NCBI GenBank assembly: GCA_016235455.1
Contig: JACRKZ010000051.1
Location: 1 to 64,000, forward strand
Source: Armatimonadota bacterium
GTDB taxonomy: Bacteria > Armatimonadota > UBA10988
Direction: 5' to 3'
Length of the DNA stretch: 64,000 nt
In this document: piece by piece, positions 48,450-56,610 of the stretch
Position numbering within the stretch: position 1 is the first letter of the stretch
How the letters are laid out: each line of letters begins with the position of its first letter
The notes under the pieces: generated by a model
What the model was told of the DNA's origin: nothing
Databases searched by the model: none
The model's input: only the letters and a program-made list of their open reading frames with translations
Translations under genes and position numbers: made by a program

Positions 48450-51400
48450 CTACCACCGATAGTACCGGTACGGGTCGTCGCCCAGCGCCTGCCCCTCCAC
48501 GTAGTCGGGATGGTAGAAGCCGGTGGGGTCCAGCACCGCGGGTCGTGTGCCGGGGTCTGGCACGACGGTGAAGGACGGCGCCGCCATCCACAGGGTCACC
48601 GCCTGGCCGGCCAGTTCCTGCAGCGTGAAGCGCGTCTTGGCGTCGGCCTGCCCGGCGCGGAAGGTCAGCTTGACGTGCTTCCACTGCGGGCCGAGCGTGG
48701 TGCGCTCGAACAGCCCGGCGCTGCCCCACGGGTCGTGGTCTTTCTCGATGGCGCAGGTGACACCCGCCGGCGCGCTGGCCCGCAGCCAGGCCGACCAGAC
48801 GTAGGCCACGCCGGCCTGCAGCCCGAAGCCGGGATGACCCAGTTGGACGTGCCAGCCTGTGTCGCTGGTCTTGGTGATGTCGATGCGCAGCGACTTCTGG
48901 CCGAGCAACTCAGGCGGCACGTCGTCGCTGACCGCCATGGTGGCGGCCGCGGTGCCCTGGACGCCCAAGGACCAGCCCTGGGTGCCTTCGGCGAAGGTCG
49001 TGTTGGTCAGGATCTCTCCCTCGGGCAAGACCGCGGGAGTGACCGGGCCCAGCATCATGTCCTCGGCCCGGCAACTCCAGCCGCCGCCGCCGAACTCGTC
49101 GAAGACGCGGATGGCGATGCTGTTGACGCCGGCCTTGACCAGCCTCGCGGGGATGGTGTAGGTGCGAGGCACGTTCCAGCCACTGGCCGCACCGACCTTG
49201 ACGCCGTTGAACCAGGTCACGTCGCGGTCGTCCACGGGGCCGAGCTTGAGCAGCAACTCGCGGCCCAGCCACGCCTCGGGTACGGTCACTTCGCGGCGCA
49301 CCCAGAACGAGCCGTCGGCCTCGCCCACGCCCGGCGCGGTCTCCCACATGGCCGGCAGCGTGAACGTCGACCAGCCGGTCAGGTCGAGCTTCTCGGCTGA
49401 CCAGCCCGTGGTGGCGGCGTCCTGCCCGGGATCCTCGGTGCGCCGGTCGACGCTGCTGGCCGCCGGCAGCTTGCGCTCCACCCGGAAGCGCCAGGCACCC
49501 GCCAGGCCAATGGGCCGTGCGGTGGCGTTCCAGCCGGGCGACAGGCTGCGCGCGTCCATGGCGAACTCCGCGCCCAGGTTGGCCAGGAGCTGGGTCAGCG
49601 CGCGCGTCAGGCGCCAGCGGCTGTAGCGCAGATAGGTCTTCTCGCCGGCCGGCAGCATGTCGGGCGTGAGCTGCAGCGCGAGCACGCGCCCGTCGTGCGC
49701 CCGGCCCAGCAGACCGCCGGCTGTCGGCGCGACACCGCCTCCGGCCAGCAGGGGTCGCAGCGGCTGGTCGGCGCGCAGCCGGAGGTCGGAGCGCGACAAA
49801 CCGCGCAACTCGGGCCAGTCGGGCAGCTCGCCGGCGTCGTGGTAGGCTGCCGTCTGGCCCATGGTGCCCAACAACGCGTTCGCGCGCGGCAGCAGCAGCA
49901 CCCGTCCGCCTGCCGCCGCGAAGGCGGACAGGTCGGTCTCGGCCACCTTGGCGTCCGCGGCCACTACAGCAAGTGTCGAACGGTCCGCGGCGGGCAGGTT
50001 GTCGGCCGCCTCGAACCGCAGACCCAGGCCGCGCAGAAGCTGGCGCCCGGGTGCCCCGCCGAGATAGACACAGCGCTTGACGCGCGGCTCGGGCTGGGCG
50101 CTGCGCGCATACTCGACGAGCCGCCGGGCCAGCCGCCGAGCCATGGGTTCGGCGCTGGTGCGCGCCTCGAGGTCGAGCGTGCAGAGCAGGGCCAGGCCCT
50201 CACCGTGCTGCAGTTCGAGCAACGGCGAGTAGGCCATGTCGAACTCGCCGTGGAGCAATGGACGCCACCCGGCCAGGTGCGGCTTCTCCACCGCGGCACT
50301 GGCGACGCTGCCGTAGTTGCCCCAGTGCCAGCCGAGCGCCGGGTCGGCGTTGGGCGACTCGTCCAATCCGCCCCAGGTGGTCGGCACGAGCGTGCCCGAC
50401 CCGTTCCAGTCGCGCAGATCCTCGGCGTCCAGTCCGTCGACGATGGGATGTCGGCTCTGCGTGGGCACGGGCCAGAAGCGGCGCGACACGTGGCCCGCGG
50501 TGCGCAGTCCCAGTTGGTCGCGCAGGCAGGCCGGGGTCTGGCCCATGAGGACCAGCCGGCCACCCGCGGCAACATGCTCCGCGGGCGAGCCCGGCAGCGC
50601 TGCCTCCAGGGCGCGCCGGCCAATGACCAGCACCTGGCCCGGTGCTGGCCGGCCAGTCCAGGCTCGCGTCTGGTAGCCGGCCTCGGCCAGCAGGCGAGTG
50701 GTCTCTCCACGAGGGTCATGGATCCAGATCGTGCCGCCCGGCCGCGGCGCGAACGGCGGGTAGACGCGGAAGGCCATGCGGTCGGTGTGCTTGGCCTCAC
50801 CGATGGTGACGTCCAGCTCGATCTGGCCGTCGGTCACCGACGTGACGGCGGGCAGCTTGCCGCTCACGGGCTTGCGCAAGGTCGCGGCGGGGTCGATGCG
50901 GCCCGTCTCCTTCTGCTCGGCCTGGACCTTGCCCCCGACCGTGAGGCGCCAGTGCAGGCTGTAGGGCACGGCCTGGCGCAGGTCGTTGATCAGGATGGCC
51001 TGCTTGGCCACGGTCGCGCCGGATTCGTAGTGGTGGTCCTTGGCGGTGAAGCGCTCCGCCGAGCCGGCGATGTACGCCAGCGTGGTGTTGTTGTTGGCGA
51101 TCAGCGCCTGGCCGGCCGGGGCGGCCGACCAGTTGCCCGCCGGCTGCAGGTAGTGCACATCGGCGAGGTTGGCGTTGGCCATCCACACGCCGCGCCCGTC
51201 GGGCCGCGGGGTGATCGGCGTCTGCGCCCAACGCTTGTCGTCCGGCAGGCTCCAGCCGTGGCCCATGTTCCACGGCACCATGCCCGCGGTCAGGCCCCAG
51301 GTGCGCCAACTGCGCCATGTGTTGCGGATGAACAGTTCCTCGACAGCCTGGAAGGCCGGCGCCTGCTCCAGGGCCGTGGCGCCGTGCCAGTTGCGCCAGC

Positions 51401-53159
51401 GGTCGGGGCCTTCGTAGTCGCTCACCAGGCGGGCGCGGTAGGCGGCCGGCTCGGTGTCATAGGCCCGCTCGCCCAGGTAGATGGCGCAGAACTCGGTCAT
51501 CAACGGCTCGGAGACCACCGCCTCGCCGAAGCCGTTACGGCCGCGCATGAAAGTCGTGTGCAGCGGTGTGCCGAACTCGATGGGCAGGAACGGCATCTGC
51601 GCCTTGGTCACGTACTCGCTGAGCCACTCCTCGCGTTCCTGCAGCGGTATCAGGTCGAGGTAGTTGTTGCAGGTATGCACATCGCCCACATCGGCGCCGT
51701 GGTGCGTGAAGACCGGGCGCGTCGGGTCCTCGCGCTTGATGGCGGCCACGACCTCGTCGCCGGCCTTGGCCAGGTCGCCACGCTGATACCAGCCGCGCCG
51801 ACCGATGACCACCGGGTTCTGATCCTGCTGACGGCCGAACAGGTTGCCCGACGTAGCCCACATGACGATGGACGGATGGTTGCGCAGCCGCCCCAGTTGT
51901 TGCGTCAGGAGCGCGTTGTAGCGCTCCTTCTGGCCCGGTCGCGACCAGGCGAATCCGCTGTCGTAGATGAGCGGACCCGCCGCGGGAGCAGCGCCCGCCA
52001 GCAGGAGTCCCTTGCGGTCGGCTGCCTCGGCCCACAGGTAGCGCAGGTAGACCGTGCCGCGCGCGTTCTCGTCGCCGGGCCAGGCTTCGGCCAGGTTGAA
52101 CCCGGCGGCGCGATAGCCGTCGAGCGTGTTGTCGATGGCCTGGGGCACCCAGGCACAGTAGTTCCATTCGTCGCGCGCGGTCACCGGGCGGAGGCGAATC
52201 TCGCGCTCGTTGAGCAGGAAGCGCAACCGGTCGATTCTGAACTCGCGGAAGCCGATCGTCTCGGTCACCTCATCGCGCCAGCCGGGCGCCTCGACGGCGA
52301 GCATCAGGCGGTAGAGATTGGGTTGGTCGATGTCCCACAACCGCGGGTCGGGCCAGGGCCAGGCCAGATCGACGCGTGTCTGGCCAGCGTTGAGCGGGGC
52401 GCTGGCGGTGAACGTCTTCTCGGCTCGGCCGTCCGGCCCCAGCAGTCGCGCGGTGAACCGGGCGGCGCCGGCTTGGCTCACGCCCGCCAGACCGAGCCGG
52501 ACTGACAGGCGATGCTCGCGCACGGAGGTGGCGATCGTCAGTCCATCGGCGTGGGCGCCCGCTGGCCTGCTGTGCAACAACGCCTCGCCGACGATGCCGC
52601 GCGCGTCGACATTGCCGGGCAGGCGCCAACTGGGCTGGTCACCGGCCAGGGCCGCGGCTACATTCTGGGCCTGGGGTGCCGCGACGACCAGGATCCGCAG
52701 CAGGTTGTCCTGGCCGAACCGCACCGCGGGCGTGATGTCGACCGTACCGCTGGGCCAGTTGATCAGGCCGCAATCGGTGCCGTTGCAGTAGACGCGGGCA
52801 TCGGTGCTGACGCGGGTCAACTCGAGGACGATCGCGCGGCCCTGCCAGGAGGCCGGCACGTTCACCTGGCGTTCGTACCAGGCGCGGCTGGCTTGCGCCA
52901 CGGGGACCGCGTCCCAGGGCGCCGCTTGGCTGGTCTTGGCCAAGCCAGGCAGGCACTGAGTGCCCGACCACGAGCCCGGCACCAGCGCCTCGCCCCAGTC
53001 GCCGCTCGGAGCGCCGGCCGCCGGGCCCACGGCCGGCTGGAAGCGCCAGGCGCCGTTCAGACACACAGTGCCGCGTGAGCTCGATGTCTCGACGGGCTGA
53101 AGTTGGGCCAACGCGGGGCACAGGGCGAGGACGAGCGCAAACAGGGGCACGCGGGTCAT
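48450..53159 (-). CDS. Large secreted GH2-like (beta-galactosidase/glucuronidase fold) protein with C-terminal CBMs, about 1569 aa
   Basis: SD ggagg; LNGAWRF, PRLWDIDQPNLY, IGFREF, NHPSIVMW, IEFG; LGPVDDRDVTWFNG sugar-binding domain; CBM4/9-like WHVQL. Confidence 0.8.
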   Translation of the reverse strand: MTRVPLFALVLALCPALAQLQPVETSSSRGTVCLNGAWRFQPAVGPAAGAPSGDWGEALVPGSWSGTQCLPGLAKTSQAAPWDAVPVAQASRAWYERQVNVPASWQGRAIVLELTRVSTDARVYCNGTDCGLINWPSGTVDITPAVRFGQDNLLRILVVAAPQAQNVAAALAGDQPSWRLPGNVDARGIVGEALLHSRPAGAHADGLTIATSVREHRLSVRLGLAGVSQAGAARFTARLLGPDGRAEKTFTASAPLNAGQTRVDLAWPWPDPRLWDIDQPNLYRLMLAVEAPGWRDEVTETIGFREFRIDRLRFLLNEREIRLRPVTARDEWNYCAWVPQAIDNTLDGYRAAGFNLAEAWPGDENARGTVYLRYLWAEAADRKGLLLAGAAPAAGPLIYDSGFAWSRPGQKERYNALLTQQLGRLRNHPSIVMWATSGNLFGRQQDQNPVVIGRRGWYQRGDLAKAGDEVVAAIKREDPTRPVFTHHGADVGDVHTCNNYLDLIPLQEREEWLSEYVTKAQMPFLPIEFGTPLHTTFMRGRNGFGEAVVSEPLMTEFCAIYLGERAYDTEPAAYRARLVSDYEGPDRWRNWHGATALEQAPAFQAVEELFIRNTWRSWRTWGLTAGMVPWNMGHGWSLPDDKRWAQTPITPRPDGRGVWMANANLADVHYLQPAGNWSAAPAGQALIANNNTTLAYIAGSAERFTAKDHHYESGATVAKQAILINDLRQAVPYSLHWRLTVGGKVQAEQKETGRIDPAATLRKPVSGKLPAVTSVTDGQIELDVTIGEAKHTDRMAFRVYPPFAPRPGGTIWIHDPRGETTRLLAEAGYQTRAWTGRPAPGQVLVIGRRALEAALPGSPAEHVAAGGRLVLMGQTPACLRDQLGLRTAGHVSRRFWPVPTQSRHPIVDGLDAEDLRDWNGSGTLVPTTWGGLDESPNADPALGWHWGNYGSVASAAVEKPHLAGWRPLLHGEFDMAYSPLLELQHGEGLALLCTLDLEARTSAEPMARRLARRLVEYARSAQPEPRVKRCVYLGGAPGRQLLRGLGLRFEAADNLPAADRSTLAVVAADAKVAETDLSAFAAAGGRVLLLPRANALLGTMGQTAAYHDAGELPDWPELRGLSRSDLRLRADQPLRPLLAGGGVAPTAGGLLGRAHDGRVLALQLTPDMLPAGEKTYLRYSRWRLTRALTQLLANLGAEFAMDARSLSPGWNATARPIGLAGAWRFRVERKLPAASSVDRRTEDPGQDAATTGWSAEKLDLTGWSTFTLPAMWETAPGVGEADGSFWVRREVTVPEAWLGRELLLKLGPVDDRDVTWFNGVKVGAASGWNVPRTYTIPARLVKAGVNSIAIRVFDEFGGGGWSCRAEDMMLGPVTPAVLPEGEILTNTTFAEGTQGWSLGVQGTAAATMAVSDDVPPELLGQKSLRIDITKTSDTGWHVQLGHPGFGLQAGVAYVWSAWLRASAPAGVTCAIEKDHDPWGSAGLFERTTLGPQWKHVKLTFRAGQADAKTRFTLQELAGQAVTLWMAAPSFTVVPDPGTRPAVLDPTGFYHPDYVEGQALGDDPYRYYRW

Positions 53160-53194
53160 GCTGGACCTCCGGCGTGCTATTTCCGCCGCGTGTC

Positions 53195-54883
53195 TCATTT
53201 TCCTCCGGCCGCGACCGGTGCGCCCAGCAGGGCCAGGTAGCGTGGTGTCGGCGCGGCGCCCGCGGCCAGTCGCGCGGCCCAGCCATCGTCCGACAGCGGC
53301 TGGCCGACCGGCTCGACGAACTCGTAGTAGCTGCCGACATAGCCGACCGCCGCCGCCGGCGGATACTCGGGCAGGTCGAACTGCTCGACGATGGGGTACA
53401 GCCAGCCGCTGGCCACGTGGAACACGCCGCCCTGATCCTTGCCGAGCCTCGCCGTGACCATCGGCCGCTCCAAGGGCACATTGAAGAGGGCGCCGAAGCG
53501 CTCCCACTCGTCGGCGTGCTCGGGCGCCAAGCCGGCGAGTTCCCGCCGCGCATCATCCGCGGCGTGGTCGGCCTTCCGCACCAGATCGGCCAGCCAGACC
53601 CGGCTCTCCTCGGTCAGCGCGTCCAGGCGCTTGAGCTCGGCGACGTAGCCGCCGACCATCTGCGCGAAGCGGTTCCAGAACGCGGGCAGCGGCTCGACGA
53701 ACCCGTGCGGAATCTCGCGCCGGCCTGGGGCACTGGGCGGGAAGTCCAGTTCGCGGCTGTAGAGCTGGCTGTTGTGCCGCATCTGAGCCCAACTGGTCAG
53801 CGCGCAGTTGAGGGTCTTGGCGCGCCAGGCCGGCGAGCGCATGAAGCGCGGGGCAGCCGGGTACTGCTCGCCCAGCGCCGCCAGCGTGGCCAGCCACCGC
53901 TCCGGCAGGCACGCGTCGCGCGGCGCGAAGGTCGCGGCACCGTCGGTCAAGCCGAGCATCTGTGCCACATGTTCGCCGCTCGGTCGGTCCAGCTCCGAGG
54001 TCACCGCCTGTAGCCGCACCGTATCGGACGACACGTGCTCGGGCAGAATGGCCAGGGCACGGGTGCTGGTGGGGCGGTCGGTGGGGTAGCGGGCGCTCAC
54101 TCGCGCGCAGTCAGCGTCCGACAGGTGGGCCGGATCCAGGCCGTCCTGCCGCAGCGCGGCGTCGAGTTCGTCCAGGCCGATCTCGACGGTCTGGCCAAAC
54201 AGCCGGCCGCGCGCCTGACGCAGCGCCAGGTACCCGCGGCGAGCTGCTTCGTCGCGCAGCAGGCCGGCCCACCAGGCCGCCCGGCGCACGGTGGCAGCGG
54301 TGGCGCCGCGTCCGGCCAGTGGCAGGCGGTAGCGGCCCAGCCACCGCGTCAGACGCGCGTAGTCGTGCAGGTCGGGCGTGTCGTAGGCGGCGGGCAGCGG
54401 CTCGGTAACCAGGGCCGCGTCGGCGGCAGCCACGACGGCATCGCCGGCGCGCACGAGTTCGGGTGGCAGTGGGACGTCGAGCCGGGCCAGGCGCACGGCC
54501 CCGGCCAGCGAGGCCAGCTCCTCGGGCGGCGCCTGGGCGGCTTGCTTGGCGTGCGCCGCCCACAGTGCCTGCACCAAGCCGGTGGTCAGCGGCGCCAGGA
54601 CCTTGCGCTCGGCCTGGGCCAGGCTGGCGCGCTGCACGCTCCACCACAGGCAGAGCATGGCGTCGCTTGTCACCAGCACCGGCACCTCGTTGCCCCGACG
54701 AGGGTAAGCGCTCATCAGGTCGCCGCGCTGGCCGGCGGGCAGGATGGCGAATCCGTCTCGCTCCAGGGCCGCGGCCAGCCCCGTCGCCGCCGCGCCGAAG
54801 CGTTGGGTCACCTGGTCCAGGTTGGCCGGCGGCGCGCCCAGGCCCAGCGCCAGGCTGAGCAACACGGCATGGATGGCAGGCAC
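53195..54883 (-). CDS. Secreted stand-alone DUF3160 domain protein, 562 aa
   Basis: Signal peptide; VTSDAML, KTLNCALTSWAQMRHNSQLY, GFVEPLPAFW, GYVGSYYEF. Confidence 0.82.
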   Translation of the reverse strand: MPAIHAVLLSLALGLGAPPANLDQVTQRFGAAATGLAAALERDGFAILPAGQRGDLMSAYPRRGNEVPVLVTSDAMLCLWWSVQRASLAQAERKVLAPLTTGLVQALWAAHAKQAAQAPPEELASLAGAVRLARLDVPLPPELVRAGDAVVAAADAALVTEPLPAAYDTPDLHDYARLTRWLGRYRLPLAGRGATAATVRRAAWWAGLLRDEAARRGYLALRQARGRLFGQTVEIGLDELDAALRQDGLDPAHLSDADCARVSARYPTDRPTSTRALAILPEHVSSDTVRLQAVTSELDRPSGEHVAQMLGLTDGAATFAPRDACLPERWLATLAALGEQYPAAPRFMRSPAWRAKTLNCALTSWAQMRHNSQLYSRELDFPPSAPGRREIPHGFVEPLPAFWNRFAQMVGGYVAELKRLDALTEESRVWLADLVRKADHAADDARRELAGLAPEHADEWERFGALFNVPLERPMVTARLGKDQGGVFHVASGWLYPIVEQFDLPEYPPAAAVGYVGSYYEFVEPVGQPLSDDGWAARLAAGAAPTPRYLALLGAPVAAGGK

Positions 54884-54905
54884 AGATTCCCCCCTGCGCA
54901 GCCCG

Positions 54906-55613
54906 CTACGCGCTCTCGCGCGGACCCGCCACCAGCTTGTACCCGACGCCGGGAATGGTCAGGATATGCTGCGGACTGCTCGGCTCGGTTTCCACCTTGA
55001 GGCGCAGGCGCCGGATATGCACATCCAGCGTGCGGCTGTCGAGGTAGAGGCTCTCGCCCCACACCTTCTCGAGCAGTTGGTCGCGCTCCATGACGCGGCC
55101 GGCGTTGGCGGCCAGCACGACCAGCAGGTCGAACTCCTTGGGCGTGAGCCGGATGGAGCGGCCGCTGACGACCACGTCGCGCGCGGCCTCGTCGATGGTC
55201 AGCGGACCGACCTTGATCGGGCCCTCCGCCACGTCGCCGTGCTCATAGAGGTTGGTGCGGCGCAAATGCGCGCGGATGCGGGCCAGCAGTTCGCGCGGCA
55301 TGAACGGCTTGGTGACGTAGTCGTCGGCGCCCATCTCGAGGCCGAGTACCTTGTCCAGTTCATCGGCCTTGGCCGTGAGCATGATGATCGGCGTGTAGAT
55401 GCGCGCGCGCAGTTGCTGGCACACCTGCAGGCCGCTGAGGCCGGGCAGCATGACGTCCAGCAGGATGATGTCGGGGTGCTCGGTGGTGGCGAGTTGCACC
55501 CCTTCGGCGCCGTCGGCCGTGGCCACGACACTGTAGCCCTCGGCCGACAACAGCGCGATCAGGCTCCGCTGAATCGCGGGATCGTCCTCAACCACCAAAA
55601 CCTTCTCGGCCAT
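54906..55613 (-). CDS. OmpR/PhoB-family DNA-binding response regulator
   Basis: VLVVEDD, LLDVMLP, MLTAK, GADDYVTKPF, LTPKEFDLL, RTLDVHIRRLR, GVGYK. Confidence 0.96.
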   Translation of the reverse strand: MAEKVLVVEDDPAIQRSLIALLSAEGYSVVATADGAEGVQLATTEHPDIILLDVMLPGLSGLQVCQQLRARIYTPIIMLTAKADELDKVLGLEMGADDYVTKPFMPRELLARIRAHLRRTNLYEHGDVAEGPIKVGPLTIDEAARDVVVSGRSIRLTPKEFDLLVVLAANAGRVMERDQLLEKVWGESLYLDSRTLDVHIRRLRLKVETEPSSPQHILTIPGVGYKLVAGPRESA

Positions 55614-55624
55614 CGTCACACCTT

Positions 55625-56581
55625 TCAGTCGCTCACTGCCTCAAGCCATCGGGCCACTTGCGCCTGAACGCGCAGGTTCGCCAGCCCCAAGGCTACTGGC
55701 AAGGGTGACTCATCGGCGCCGGATTGTACCGCGGCGACGAATCCACACAGGGATTGTTCGACCCAATCGACGGACTCCTGCTCGACTCCTCCTCGGGACA
55801 GGTAGCTGCGGTAGCGCCCCGCGTCGTTGTTGCGGCCGGCATAGTCGACCAGCGCCTCATCGACACCGAAACGGCGGACCAGGTCACCGGTCAGGCGCTG
55901 GCCTACCTCGATGTTCGCCCCCACCAGCCCGTGCGGCGCACGAAGTTGGCACTGCACGCGAGCGGTGCGCGGCGCGGTGCGCACGCTCACGCTGTCCGAT
56001 TCCACCTCGGCGCCGGGCACCAGGGCCAGGGCCAGGCTGAGCGCGTGCGGGCCGAGTTCGGTCCACACCTCGGCCGGCGTGCGTTCGGCGCCCCGGCCGC
56101 GGCTTTCGAGCGTCACGCTGACCCGTGCCGGCGTGGGCTGCGGGCCGACCATCGCGAAGTAGGGGGCCGCGGCGAGCGTGTATTGCAGATTGACCCCGCA
56201 CAGCACGCCCCGTTCCTCGGTCAAGGCGGCGACCGCCTCTGCTTCCGCGACCGCGGCGGCCAGGTCATCGCTCCAGGTCAGCGGCTTCTCGATGAGCGTG
56301 GGGATGCCGTGATCGATGAGCATCAAGGCGGGCGCGGCGTGGTGCTCCGCGGGCGTGCAGACGGTGGCCAGGTCGGGCGTCACGGCGGACAGCAGTTCCG
56401 GCAGCGATGCGAAGCCGGGCACCACCTGGCCCGACACGTCGGCCAGTTCGGCGGCGCGCTGCCCGAGGTGTGACGGGCTGGCGCAGACGAAGCCGACCAA
56501 CTCGCAGCCGGCGGCGGACAGCCACTTGGCGTGTTGGCGGCCGATGCGGCCGGGGCCGACGATGACGGCGCTGAGTGCCAT
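55625..56581 (-). CDS. Gfo/Idh/MocA-family NAD(P)-dependent oxidoreductase, 318 aa
   Basis: IVGPGRIG, VCTPAEHH, LIEKP, ELGPH. Confidence 0.88.
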   Translation of the reverse strand: MALSAVIVGPGRIGRQHAKWLSAAGCELVGFVCASPSHLGQRAAELADVSGQVVPGFASLPELLSAVTPDLATVCTPAEHHAAPALMLIDHGIPTLIEKPLTWSDDLAAAVAEAEAVAALTEERGVLCGVNLQYTLAAAPYFAMVGPQPTPARVSVTLESRGRGAERTPAEVWTELGPHALSLALALVPGAEVESDSVSVRTAPRTARVQCQLRAPHGLVGANIEVGQRLTGDLVRRFGVDEALVDYAGRNNDAGRYRSYLSRGGVEQESVDWVEQSLCGFVAAVQSGADESPLPVALGLANLRVQAQVARWLEAVSD

Positions 56582-56610
56582 GGTCCCTCCTTCCTAACGT
56601 GCCGGTCTGC

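Noticed and set aside
36930-52505. Plus-strand ORFs of 722, 507, 929 and 936 aa
   Set aside because: Antisense shadows of the DUF3160 fusions, DUF4832 and GH2-like genes.
31169-54883. Polymorphic toxin-immunity array or BAM complex genes
   Set aside because: No toxin domains, small immunity genes, RHS/CDI repeats or BamA were recognised; the PQQ-like blades are only part of much larger proteins.
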